Shown: positions 18,374 through 26,960 of the stretch, one piece after another | Numbering within the stretch: position 1 is the stretch's first letter | How the letters are laid out: each line of letters starts with the position of its first letter | Assembly (NCBI GenBank): GCA_041288095.1 | Contig: JBGGMJ010000210.1 | Coordinates: forward strand, 1-51,924 | Length of the DNA: 51,924 bases | Reading direction: 5' to 3' | DNA from: Myxococcota bacterium | GTDB taxonomy: Bacteria > Myxococcota > XYA12-FULL-58-9 > JALHOP01 | Notes under the pieces: model-generated | The model's input: the letters and a program-made list of their open reading frames with translations, nothing else | The model's database searches: none | What the model was told of the DNA's origin: nothing | Translations under genes and position numbers: made by a program

Positions 18374-19707
18374 GCGAGCCCGCGCCCAAAGGCCCGCGCA
18401 AGCTCGTCCGCCCCAGCGGACTGCTCGTCTTGCTGGCAGTGGGGATTCTGACTCTGGGCGTCGCGGCGTCGTTCATCCACGCCCTCGTTTGGTATTGGGT
18501 GGGCTGCTGCGTCCTCATCGCGGCTATTGCGTTTTCGGACGCCCTGCAGCTCGCGCGCGCCGCCGCGCCACGTGTGCAGCGCTTCTTGCCGAACGCGCTG
18601 GCGCTTGGCTCGAAGACCTTGGTGCGCCTCGTGATCAGCAGCGAGCGCAACATTTCGGGGATGGTGGTCGCGGACCACGTCCCGCGGACCCTCGATAGCA
18701 CCGGCCTCCCGGTCACGGTCGACGTGGCCGCAGGCGTCGATCTCGCGGTCGCCTACACCGTGACGCCGCGCGAGCGTGGCAACGTGATCTTCGGCGTCAG
18801 CGAATGCTGGACCACGTCGGCGCTGGGGCTGTGGTCGTGCCGCCGTGCTTGTGGCGCTCCGACGCCGGTGCGCGTCTATCCCAACTTCCGCGCCAGCGCC
18901 CGCTTCGCGCTGCTCGCCGCCGAGAACCAATCGCGAACCACTGGGGTGAAGCAGCGCCAGCGACGCGGCGCCGGCCTGGAGTTCGCGGAGCTGCGCGAAT
19001 ACGCGCAAGGCGACATGCCGCGGCACATCGACTGGAAGGCGACCGCCCGCCGGCGCAAGCTCACGACACGCGCCTTTCGCGACGAGCAGGATCAGCAGCT
19101 CATCCTGCTCCTCGATTGCGGACGACGGCTGCGTGCCGTGGACGACGGGCAGGCGCACTTCGACCATGCCTTGAACGCGGCGCTGCTCCTCGCGTGGGTC
19201 GCTCTGCGCCAAGGTGACCGGGTCGGCTTGATCACGTTCGGCGGGCGCGACCGTTTCATTCCGCCCGGGCGCGGGGTGTCGTTCTTCAATACGCTGTTGA
19301 ACGGCACCTACGATTTGCAGACGACGACGGAGGCATCGGACGTCGCGAGCGCGCTCGAGCGCTGCGTGGAGCGGGTGCGGCGGCGCTCACTGGTCGTCGC
19401 GATCACGAACTTGCGCGACGACGGTGACGAAGAGCTGGTGCGCGTCATGCGACACGCGCGGGCGCGACACTTGGTCGTGGCGGCGAGCCTGCGCGAGGTG
19501 GCGCTACGGACGGCGCTGGCGACACCGGTGATGGATTTCGACGCGGCGGTGAGAGTGGCCGGGACGCATCATTACATCGACGAGAGAGAGCGGGCGCACG
19601 CGGCGCTGCGCTCCGCTGGAATGGACTGCTTGGATGTGGAGCCTTCGCAGTTGCCGGCGGCGTTGGTGAATTTTTATTTGGCGTTGAAGGCGAGTGGGAG
19701 GCTTTGA
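18370..19707 (+). CDS. DUF58 (vWA-like) protein
   Basis: EFAELREYAQGDMPRHIDWKATAR, LLLDCGRR, GDRVGL; follows moxR. Confidence 0.93.
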   Translation: MSEPAPKGPRKLVRPSGLLVLLAVGILTLGVAASFIHALVWYWVGCCVLIAAIAFSDALQLARAAAPRVQRFLPNALALGSKTLVRLVISSERNISGMVVADHVPRTLDSTGLPVTVDVAAGVDLAVAYTVTPRERGNVIFGVSECWTTSALGLWSCRRACGAPTPVRVYPNFRASARFALLAAENQSRTTGVKQRQRRGAGLEFAELREYAQGDMPRHIDWKATARRRKLTTRAFRDEQDQQLILLLDCGRRLRAVDDGQAHFDHALNAALLLAWVALRQGDRVGLITFGGRDRFIPPGRGVSFFNTLLNGTYDLQTTTEASDVASALERCVERVRRRSLVVAITNLRDDGDEELVRVMRHARARHLVVAASLREVALRTALATPVMDFDAAVRVAGTHHYIDERERAHAALRSAGMDCLDVEPSQLPAALVNFYLALKASGRL

Positions 19708-19712
19708 GGGGG

Positions 19713-19765
19713 GCGATGGCCGAGGGCCGATAGCCGAGCCGATAGCCGATGCCGAGGGCCGATTC
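19713..19765. repeat. Degenerate heptamer tandem repeat CCGANNN
   Basis: GCGATGG CCGAGGG CCGATAG CCGAG CCGATAG CCGATG CCGAGGG CCGATTC. Confidence 0.8.
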
Positions 19766-19796
19766 CCGCGCCTTCGGCGGGACCGCTTGGCGGTCC

Positions 19797-19912
19797 TTGG
19801 AATACCTGGTGCTGCGACCTCCGCCGCAACCTCGGCGTGAGGCGCCGCCGAAGTGGCGGCGCTACGCGACCGATGCGATCACATCTGCGCGATGCTCGGC
19901 CGCTTTCGCTAA
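19797..19912 (+). pseudogene. Possible frameshifted remnant of a four-helix-bundle (23S rRNA IVP-like) gene
   Basis: Fragments in different frames: LEYLVL / CDLRRNLGV / AAEVAALRDRCDHICAMLGRFR*; flanked by heptamer repeats. Confidence 0.3.
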
Positions 19913-20019
19913 CGGCGAGCCCACAGCCCCTTCGGAGCCGGTACCGGAGGGTTTTGTGCTTGCCACAAAACCTGAGGAGCGGAAGGCGTAGGAGGGGCGG
20001 TTGCCGAATCCGCAAAATG

Positions 20020-20054
20020 CCGATCACCGACTGCCGACTGCCGAAAACCGAAGG
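20020..20054. repeat. Heptamer tandem repeat CCGANNN
   Basis: CCGATCA CCGACTG CCGACTG CCGAAAA CCGAAGG. Confidence 0.8.
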
Positions 20055-20079
20055 GGCGCGTCCAACGTCGCGCCCCTTC
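20050..20079 (-). terminator. Intrinsic terminator-like hairpin after the lipoprotein gene
   Basis: GAAGGGGCGCG-8 nt-CGCGCCCCTTC (11 bp stem), followed by GGTTTT on the minus strand. Confidence 0.7.
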
Positions 20080-20091
20080 CGCTATAGCGAA

Positions 20092-20622
20092 CTAACCCTT
20101 CTTGACCTTGGTCTTGAGCTTCTTGGCTTTTTTGCCCTTGGCGGGCGCCGGCGGGTACTTGTTCATGTACTCGGCCGAGTCGAACTTCCAGGCGTCAGCG
20201 ATCTTCACGAAGGGCACGTCGCGCTTGTCGGCGCCGATGGTCACCGGGACGGTCGCCTTTTCACCCTCGACGACGCCTTCGCCGCAGGTCGCGGTGGCCA
20301 TCATGGTGAACATCATTTCCTTGGTGGCAGCGTCGGCGACCGCTTGAGCGGTCACGTCGGTGGCGTTGGCGAGGAACTTGGCGTCGTCCTTCGCCTTGGC
20401 GGCCTCGATGAGGGCGTTGCAGGCCTGCTGCGGCGTCTGCTCGACCTTGGCGACCTCGGCATCTCCGCCCGCGGCGGCCTCGCCATCACCCGCGGCGGCC
20501 GCGGTGTCGGCTGGAGCAACGGCAGGGGCGGCATCACCGCCGGCGGTACCAGCACCCTGGTCGCAGGCGACCAATCCCAGAACGGCGAACGAAACGACAC
20601 TGCCAAGGGTCAGAAGTTTCAT
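20092..20622 (-). CDS. Hypothetical lipoprotein
   Basis: Lipobox LVAC; Ala-rich linker; NTF2-like ending VPFVKIADAWKFD; Lys-rich tail. Confidence 0.8.
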   Translation of the reverse strand: MKLLTLGSVVSFAVLGLVACDQGAGTAGGDAAPAVAPADTAAAAGDGEAAAGGDAEVAKVEQTPQQACNALIEAAKAKDDAKFLANATDVTAQAVADAATKEMMFTMMATATCGEGVVEGEKATVPVTIGADKRDVPFVKIADAWKFDSAEYMNKYPPAPAKGKKAKKLKTKVKKG

Positions 20623-20755
20623 GAACGTAGGAGCTCCTTATGCGATCGAGCGCGTGGAGATGGCCAAAGCGGACACATCTCCCTTGTGCGGCTTTGGTAT
20701 AGGCAGCGTGATCTAGGGTCAAGTTGCGGTTTTCTCGGGGAGATCGCGGCGGCAG

Positions 20756-21220
20756 CTAGCGGCTCGCCTCGAAGAGACCGTGCGCCTGCCGGGCAAGGGC
20801 GTGCGCGCGCTTCCCAGCCTCGGTCTGGGCCGTGGGATCCTCTTTGACGAGTTGCTGCAGGGTGGTGGCCGCAAGCGCCCACTGGCCGGTGGCGATCTCG
20901 ACCTTGGCGCGGGCGAGGCGGCCGTCGTAGCTCTTGGGCTCGAGCGCGAGCAGGCGTTGCACCTTCGTCATCGCCTCCCCCGACTTGCCCAGCGCGAGCA
21001 GAGTATCGATGGCCTTGATCGCGGCGGTGGTGTCCTTGCGGTCGAGCTCTTCGAGCATCTCGAGCATGACCAGCGCCCGTTCATCGTGACCGCCGTCGAT
21101 GAACATCTGCGCGCGCTTGCGCAGTTGTTGCACTTGCTCGGCCGACAGCTGCGCCAGCTCGCGCAGCTCGACCTCGCCGCGCAGGTACTTTTCGATATGT
21201 CCTTCGGATAGCTCCGCCAT
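20756..21220 (-). CDS. TPR protein resembling SycD/LcrH (class II type III secretion) chaperones
   Basis: 154 aa; YLRGEVELRELAQLSAEQVQQL...FIDGGHDERALVMLEMLEELD followed by TPR helices; GGAGG RBS; 9 nt downstream of the filament-like gene. Confidence 0.65.
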   Translation of the reverse strand: MAELSEGHIEKYLRGEVELRELAQLSAEQVQQLRKRAQMFIDGGHDERALVMLEMLEELDRKDTTAAIKAIDTLLALGKSGEAMTKVQRLLALEPKSYDGRLARAKVEIATGQWALAATTLQQLVKEDPTAQTEAGKRAHALARQAHGLFEASR

Positions 21221-21229
21221 AGCGTCCTC

Positions 21230-22954
21230 CTAGCTGTTCATGTTGCGAATGATCGCCATGGTGACGTCGTGCAGCACCTTCGAGATGTTCGACATCATCT
21301 GCAAGGTCTGCTGCTGCTTCTGCAAGCAGTTCTGCAGGTCGATGTTCGCGAGCTGCGCGTCGTCGCCGACGGAGTTCATCTGCTCTTCGAGGTACTTCAG
21401 GTAGTCGTCCATCTCGGCGACGGTATCGATGGTCTTGGCCGCGCCTGCTTGGGGGCCAGTGGTCTCAGCGGCGGTCTGGGCGCCTTTTTGCACCGCGAGG
21501 TTCTGGCGGCCGGCGAGGTCTGCTCCGACGAGACGGCCGCGCTCACCAAGACGCCCATGCGACTGCCCTGGGCTCGACACCACCTTGGGGCCCTCGAGCT
21601 TCTCCTTGTACGCCGTGACGATCTCTCCGGCCTGGGCGGTGCTCAATCCACTGCCCGCGACCGTCACCTCGTCGCCCATCAGCTCGTAAGCGGCCCCCAC
21701 CAGGAGACTGTTGTATTCGGCGCGCTCCTCGACGCTGAACTCATCGTGCGGCTTGCTGCCCGCCGAGGGCGTGTACCAGAAGGCCGACCCGTCCGATCCG
21801 AAACCGGCCGCCGCGACGACCAGGCGTTGCTCGGGGCTCATCACGCGCACGAGCTCGAGGATGCCGCCCTCATGACCATGCTTCTCGAAGTTCTCGAGAA
21901 TCGGCACCAAGAGCTCTCGGATATCGGCCTCGCTCATCTTCGGAACCAGTTCCTTGAGGTCCTCGAAGATCGACTTCTCGTTGCGAATCTTGTCGTTCTT
22001 CACCCCCGAGATCGTCTGGACCCAAGCCCTATCCTCGGGCTCGAGCGAGTTGCCCTCCCAGAAGTCGTTCGCGGCGGGGGCGCTTTCGTTGTTGGGCTCA
22101 CCGTCCTTGCCGATGAGCTCTCCCTGCTGCCTGTCCTTCTGCTCGTCGAGCTCTTCCTGCGTGTACGTGGCGGGGATGAGCGCAAGCTGGGCGCCATCCA
22201 CCTTCACCGGTGCGTAGAGATAAGGTGCGACCCAGTTCTCGTCGCCCTTCGCCGCGGTCGCCCACTCGCTCTTCATCTTGCGCGCCCGGTCCGCCTCTTC
22301 GCGGATCTTCTTCTTGAGCTCGTTGAGCGCCTTCAAACGGTCGCCGTAGAGCTGCAGGTCGGTCATGCCGAGCAGGTAGCACTCGCGCAGCACTTGCTGG
22401 ACGAACGCGTTCACGTCGCCGCCCTTGAAGTAGCCGCCGACGGCGACGCGCCATTCTTGCGCGTGGATGATTTCCTTCGCGTCGGTCTTTGCCGGGCGCT
22501 CGACGAGCACGCGGGCGAGCTGTTCGCCGGCGTCGCGCTCGAGCAGCGATGCGGCGACTCGCTCTTCTTGCGCATCGTAGGTCACCTGCATGTAGCCGTG
22601 GCGAACCTTGCTGGGGCCCCAGGCGTCGCGCGGGGTCACGCGGCTCTCGATCTCGGCGAGCACGGTGAGGACGCCGAGGTGCGCCTCGCAGCTCGCGCTC
22701 GTCGCATCCGCGCTAGATGCCAGGCGAAGCTCGGCGGCCGCGACGTCGCTGGTCGCGGTCAGCAGCGCGGCAAAAGGATTGGCGCCGGTGGCGGGCGCGG
22801 CTTCGGTCAACACAACCACGGATGCGGTGCCGCCAGCGCCGACAGTGTCCGCGACAGCGGAGGGAACGGTCGACGGGGCGCGCTTCTGCGCGGTCGGGCC
22901 GCTGGTGAAGGAGGAGAGTTTTTCGACGTTGGTGTTTTGAACCTTGCTGACCAT
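21230..22954 (-). CDS. Hypothetical protein with Bsp22/EspA-like (type III filament/tip) terminal helices
   Basis: C-terminus MNSVGDDAQLANIDLQNCLQKQQQTLQMMSNISKVLHDVTMAIIRNMNS; internal helix DVNAFVQQVLRECY...LKALNELKKKIRE; S/T/P/A-rich N-terminus; no Sec signal; GAGGAG RBS. Confidence 0.6.
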   Translation of the reverse strand: MVSKVQNTNVEKLSSFTSGPTAQKRAPSTVPSAVADTVGAGGTASVVVLTEAAPATGANPFAALLTATSDVAAAELRLASSADATSASCEAHLGVLTVLAEIESRVTPRDAWGPSKVRHGYMQVTYDAQEERVAASLLERDAGEQLARVLVERPAKTDAKEIIHAQEWRVAVGGYFKGGDVNAFVQQVLRECYLLGMTDLQLYGDRLKALNELKKKIREEADRARKMKSEWATAAKGDENWVAPYLYAPVKVDGAQLALIPATYTQEELDEQKDRQQGELIGKDGEPNNESAPAANDFWEGNSLEPEDRAWVQTISGVKNDKIRNEKSIFEDLKELVPKMSEADIRELLVPILENFEKHGHEGGILELVRVMSPEQRLVVAAAGFGSDGSAFWYTPSAGSKPHDEFSVEERAEYNSLLVGAAYELMGDEVTVAGSGLSTAQAGEIVTAYKEKLEGPKVVSSPGQSHGRLGERGRLVGADLAGRQNLAVQKGAQTAAETTGPQAGAAKTIDTVAEMDDYLKYLEEQMNSVGDDAQLANIDLQNCLQKQQQTLQMMSNISKVLHDVTMAIIRNMNS

Positions 22955-22969
22955 GACTGACTCCTCGAG

Positions 22970-23494
22970 TTAACGACTTTTGCGAACGGCTTCGGCGATG
23001 CTCTTGGCGTCCAGACCCAGCTCGCGGAGCAGCGCGCTCTGCTCCGCGAAAGCGGTGGCCATGGCACCTTCGTTGGCGTCGACGGTGCCGCGGTCGAGCA
23101 GCTTCACGAAGCCGACGACTTGCTCGCGAAGACCGGCGCGGGCCGCCGCCAGCTCCTCGTCGAGCGCCTTCCTCTTGGCGTCGATGTCCTGGCGTTTGGC
23201 GGCGAAGGCGTCCGCCTTGCCGGAGAGGAAGAAACGGATGGTGTCGCGGAGCTGGCTGGCCGTGTCCGCGGCATGCGAGGGCGTGGGCGCCGCCGCTGCT
23301 TCGCGCTGCACCAAGGGCTCGCCGCGCTCGAGCGACTTCTTCACCTGCGCCGTGGTCCGCCCAGCGCGCAGGGCCGGGTTCACCTTCAGCATCTTGCGAA
23401 CGACCTGCTCGTCGACCTTCATCTTGGCCGGTTCGCTACTTTCGCCGGCGGTCGGCTTGTTCATCGACGGGGGTTGCCAGCGCTGCTTCGACAT
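22970..23494 (-). CDS. Hypothetical coiled-coil protein
   Basis: Start moved to ATG 23494 (GAGGT RBS, downstream of the sigma54 motif); first gene of a three-gene operon. Confidence 0.7.
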   Translation of the reverse strand: MSKQRWQPPSMNKPTAGESSEPAKMKVDEQVVRKMLKVNPALRAGRTTAQVKKSLERGEPLVQREAAAAPTPSHAADTASQLRDTIRFFLSGKADAFAAKRQDIDAKRKALDEELAAARAGLREQVVGFVKLLDRGTVDANEGAMATAFAEQSALLRELGLDAKSIAEAVRKSR

Positions 23495-23524
23495 TGCCTG
23501 ACCTCGCATCATGCACCGAACCAA

Positions 23525-23541
23525 AGCAGGGTTCGGGCCAA
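23525..23541 (-). promoter_or_regulatory. Sigma54 (-24/-12) promoter
   Basis: TTGGCCCGAACCCTGCT: GG-N10-GC, 30 nt upstream of ATG 23494. Confidence 0.65.
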
Positions 23542-23670
23542 GCTGAAAAACCGCCAAAACGGGCTCGAATCGGCGGTTCCGTTCGTTCCGTGGCGGTTCG
23601 CGGCGCGCTTTGCGGCAGGCGCGTCGCAAAGTGAGACGCGATCGTGTCGCACGGGCTATAGTGCCGATCA

Positions 23671-24639
23671 ATGAGCGGTGACGGCTCTAACAAGGTTGGA
23701 AGGCGCTCCCAGCACTTTCACAACCATCAGATCCAGCGGACCAAGGCGCACCTCGCCTTCTCGCGGGTCACCGCCAAGGTGCAGCAGCTCAAGATACAAC
23801 GTGTGCACAACAAGCAGCTGCGCGAGCTGCGTATGCTCACCGAGCTGGTCGAAGAGGCGCTCGAAGAAGCGCGCCAGCGCGCCGAGCAGGCACTTCAAGA
23901 CCAGCGCTACGAAGTCATGCGCTCGGTCGACGCGGTCAAGCAGCAGCTCAAGAACCTGCTCGACTCGCTGCCGCCCGAGTTTGCCGAGCTCGAGGAGTGG
24001 GAGCAGCTGCAAAAGAAGCTGCTCAAGAGCGGCGAGCGTGACGACAAGAACACATTCGCGCGCGGAACCCAGATGAACGCCACGACCCGCAAGGAAGTTC
24101 ACCTCGGCGAGGTGAAGCGCTGGGTCAGCAAGACGGACACAAAGGTCGGCACCATCGCGCCGCGTCCCGGCATCATCAAGAAGGGTATGCCCGTCAAAGA
24201 CGACGGCACCGTGGACGCGGACGACAAGCGCGAGTCCGGCGGCACCGCCGAGGTGGGCGCGGTTGCTGCCGCTGAAACGGCGACCGACGAAAAAGAAGCC
24301 GACCGCCTCACCTTCCACAATGTCTGCGATGGCGTACGCCGGCGCAAACGCCGAGGCGAAGAGCTCGAGCCGGACGACATCGAGCTGGTGGCGGACCGCG
24401 CCTACGTGTTGATGCGCGAGCTACGAAACGAGCTGTCACCGAGCTGGAAGCCCGAGGAAGTGCCGCGCTGGTTGAACGCTGGAGACAAGTACGTGTTCGA
24501 CATGGCGCTGGCGTCGGTGCCCAAGGAGCTGTTCGAGGCGACGGCTGGGTATCAGGGGATCCAGGATCTGCGAAAGCAGCAGAGCGCGTTTACCCTGCGG
24601 GCGGCGGAGCAAATGGCGCAGGGGGTTCGGCGGACGTAG
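23671..24639 (+). CDS. Hypothetical protein with N-terminal coiled coil
   Basis: 322-aa ORF with GC3-rich codons; TATAGT 8 nt before the ATG. Confidence 0.75.
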   Translation: MSGDGSNKVGRRSQHFHNHQIQRTKAHLAFSRVTAKVQQLKIQRVHNKQLRELRMLTELVEEALEEARQRAEQALQDQRYEVMRSVDAVKQQLKNLLDSLPPEFAELEEWEQLQKKLLKSGERDDKNTFARGTQMNATTRKEVHLGEVKRWVSKTDTKVGTIAPRPGIIKKGMPVKDDGTVDADDKRESGGTAEVGAVAAAETATDEKEADRLTFHNVCDGVRRRKRRGEELEPDDIELVADRAYVLMRELRNELSPSWKPEEVPRWLNAGDKYVFDMALASVPKELFEATAGYQGIQDLRKQQSAFTLRAAEQMAQGVRRT

Positions 24640-24654
24640 GTCGGCGGTCGAGCT

Positions 24655-24724
24655 CCGATCACCGATAGCCGACCACCGATTGCCGATCAGCGAGTTCCGA
24701 TTGCCGATTTCCGAGGCCCGAGAA
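24655..24724. repeat. Heptamer tandem repeat CCGANNN (about 10 units), extending into the 3' end of the convergent gene
   Basis: CCGATCA CCGATAG CCGACCA CCGATTG CCGATCA GCGAGTT CCGATTG CCGATTT CCGAGGC CCGAGAA. Confidence 0.8.
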
Positions 24725-25010
24725 TCGGCTTCCCCTCGAGCTGTTCGATTCTCCTCCCCACATCACTCGTCGCATGCCGCATGATGCGCATGACGTCATC
24801 GATATCCGACAGCTTGTGCATCACGGGCTCGAAGCTCGCTCTCACCTCTTCGCGAAACTCGTCGAGAGAGCGCACGTGCTCCGATAGCTGAGCGATCCAC
24901 TCCATCGATTTGTTGCGATGGGTCATGACCGTCGCGAGCTTGGCGTCGATGTCGCCCAAGCGGCTTTCCAGGCGGTCCAGGAGGGACTTAAGCTCTTCCG
25001 GCAAACTCAT
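24687..25010 (-). CDS. Small coiled-coil hypothetical protein
   Basis: Heptad pattern; TTGGCC-N16-TAGCGT-N6-ATG promoter-like element. Confidence 0.7.
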   Translation of the reverse strand: MSLPEELKSLLDRLESRLGDIDAKLATVMTHRNKSMEWIAQLSEHVRSLDEFREEVRASFEPVMHKLSDIDDVMRIMRHATSDVGRRIEQLEGKPILGPRKSAIGTR

Positions 25011-25072
25011 GAGAAAACGCTAGCAAGAATGCGTCGAAGGCCAAAAAAAGCCGCGCCGCCGCGCGGCGGATC

Positions 25073-25777
25073 GTGCTTGCGTACACCGAAACGCCATGTC
25101 TTAGTTCCGCTGTGGAGCAAACGCCGCCGGTCCCGAGCACCTTCGACGCGCTGCCGGTATTTCCGCTTTCGGGCACGGTGTTGTTCCCCAACACGGTCTT
25201 GCCGCTGCACATCTTCGAACCGCGTTATCGCGAGATGGTGAGCGACGCCCTCGCTTCGGACCGCCTGATCGCCGTGGTTCTGGCCAAAGGTTCGACCGAG
25301 CCTGGTGAGTCGCCCGAAGTGCACGAGGTCGCCGGTTGCGGCCGCATCATCCATCACGAAAAGCTCCCCGACGGTCGCTACAACATTCTCGTGCAGGGCC
25401 TCGCGCGGGTGCGGCTCATCACCGAGCTGCCGCTGCAACGCCACTACCGTCGCTTTACGGCACGCGTGATCGCACGGCCCGACGAAAACGATATGTCCGA
25501 GGCGAAGGGCGAGCTGGCGAAGCTTCAGTCATGCGTCTTGAGCCTACGCACCTTGGTCGCCGAGCGTGATCAGCCGCTGCTCGAGGTGCTCCGCTCGACC
25601 TCCGACCCGATCGATCTCTCGGACATTCTCGCGGCCTCGGTCATTTCGACGCCCGCGCTGCAACAGCAGGTCCTCGAGACCGTGCGCTTCAAGCAGCGCC
25701 TCGCCGTGCTCATCGATGCCCTGGCCGACGTCATGCTCCAGATCAGCGAGCCGTCCGCCGAGCAGACGCTGAATTAG
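25073..25777 (+). CDS. LON peptidase N-terminal (substrate-binding) domain protein
   Basis: LPVFPLSGTVLFPNTVLPLHIFEPRYREMV, LPDGRYNILVQG; start uncertain. Confidence 0.92.
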   Translation: MLAYTETPCLSSAVEQTPPVPSTFDALPVFPLSGTVLFPNTVLPLHIFEPRYREMVSDALASDRLIAVVLAKGSTEPGESPEVHEVAGCGRIIHHEKLPDGRYNILVQGLARVRLITELPLQRHYRRFTARVIARPDENDMSEAKGELAKLQSCVLSLRTLVAERDQPLLEVLRSTSDPIDLSDILAASVISTPALQQQVLETVRFKQRLAVLIDALADVMLQISEPSAEQTLN

Positions 25778-26300
25778 GACTCGGAAAACCGACGTCCCAC
25801 ACTGTCCGCCATCGCGGAATGCGGCGTGGTGTGCGGCACTTCCTGGAGTCATCCTACACTTCCCCACTTAACCCCGCGAAAACAGGTCTAGACCCCCAAG
25901 TTAGGCCTCCGGCACGATTTTCGCTGGGGTCGAAAAGTGACAGCGGGGCAACATTTTCGGGATGTTTTGTTCAACGGCCGGGGTTAAGGTTTTGTCATCA
26001 GGTCGCGGAGGGGGAGTTTGGGCCTTTGGCAGCATCCCACTCGAGATATGAAGCCGCTACGCTTGGGTTCTCATATCGCACGTCAGCCTTGGTTGCGCAT
26101 TCGCGCGACCGGGAGAGGCTGCACGGGGATGCCCGCTTCAGAGACCCTCTCGATGTCCGCTTTAGCGCTCACGCGCTGGGACGCCTCATGGTGTCTTTCA
26201 AAGCAGACGGAGCCGCCGCACCGCCGCGCCTGCCTGAAGCACGTTGGCCCTTCGCCAACGCGCGTCGTTCCACATTTTTAGGTTACGCAAGGAGGCATCC

Positions 26301-26723
26301 ATGCACGTCATCGTCAAAGCCCGTCACATGACTCTGACGCCAGCTCTCAAGGCTTTCGCCGAAGAGAAGCTCGGCCGATCCGTGATGCGAGTATTCGACC
26401 GGCCAGCCTGTCAGGTCGAAATCGAGCTCACGGACCTCGGGGCTAAGGATGGTGACACCAAGGAGTGTCGCGTGATCGTATTCATGCCGAAGGGCAAGAC
26501 GATCACCATCACCGAGGTGACGGACAACATGTACAAGGCCATCGACCTTGCCCAGTCCCGTCTCCTTCAACAGGTCAAGCGCGAGCGCGGGCGTCGTCAC
26601 AACCCGCATCGCCAGCGCCTTGCCGCGCAGCAAATGCGCGACAGAGTGGCGCGGGAGAGCTTAACAGTGGGCCTCGAGCCCTGGGAGCGCGAAGTCGCCG
26701 AGTTCGAACGGTCGACCTTGTGA
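26301..26723 (+). CDS. hpf: Ribosome hibernation promoting factor (HPF/RaiA family)
   Basis: MHVIVKARHMTLTPALKAFAEEKL...NMYKAIDLA; AAGGAGG RBS fixes the start at 26301. Confidence 0.88.
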   Translation: MHVIVKARHMTLTPALKAFAEEKLGRSVMRVFDRPACQVEIELTDLGAKDGDTKECRVIVFMPKGKTITITEVTDNMYKAIDLAQSRLLQQVKRERGRRHNPHRQRLAAQQMRDRVARESLTVGLEPWEREVAEFERSTL

Positions 26724-26880
26724 GCATTGATTTCGCGTAAGCAACAACGTCGAGACATGTGAGGCAGGACGAGGACGAATCGCGTGACAGCAAATGACTC
26801 GGATGCCGAGCCGCTTTAGCGCACATCAACACTCGTAGCTTCGCGAATGACTCGCAACCCAACAGTGAAAACGATGGATC

Positions 26881-26906
26881 CCCCGCGCGTCCGATGGCGC
26901 GCGGGG
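26881..26906 (+). terminator. GC-rich hairpin
   Basis: CCCCGCGCG...CGCGCGGGG stem; U-tract weak. Confidence 0.45.
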
Positions 26907-26960
26907 TTCCAATCGACCTCTCTCGACTCCCAGCGCGCCTGACACTAGAGTCCCTGCGCT

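Noticed and set aside
19713..20054. Repeats as a CRISPR array
   Set aside because: Units are 7 bp and contiguous, with no spacers and no cas genes.
23663..23670. GCCGATCA as another sigma28 -10 box
   Set aside because: No GCAAC-like box 14 nt upstream, and it abuts the ATG.
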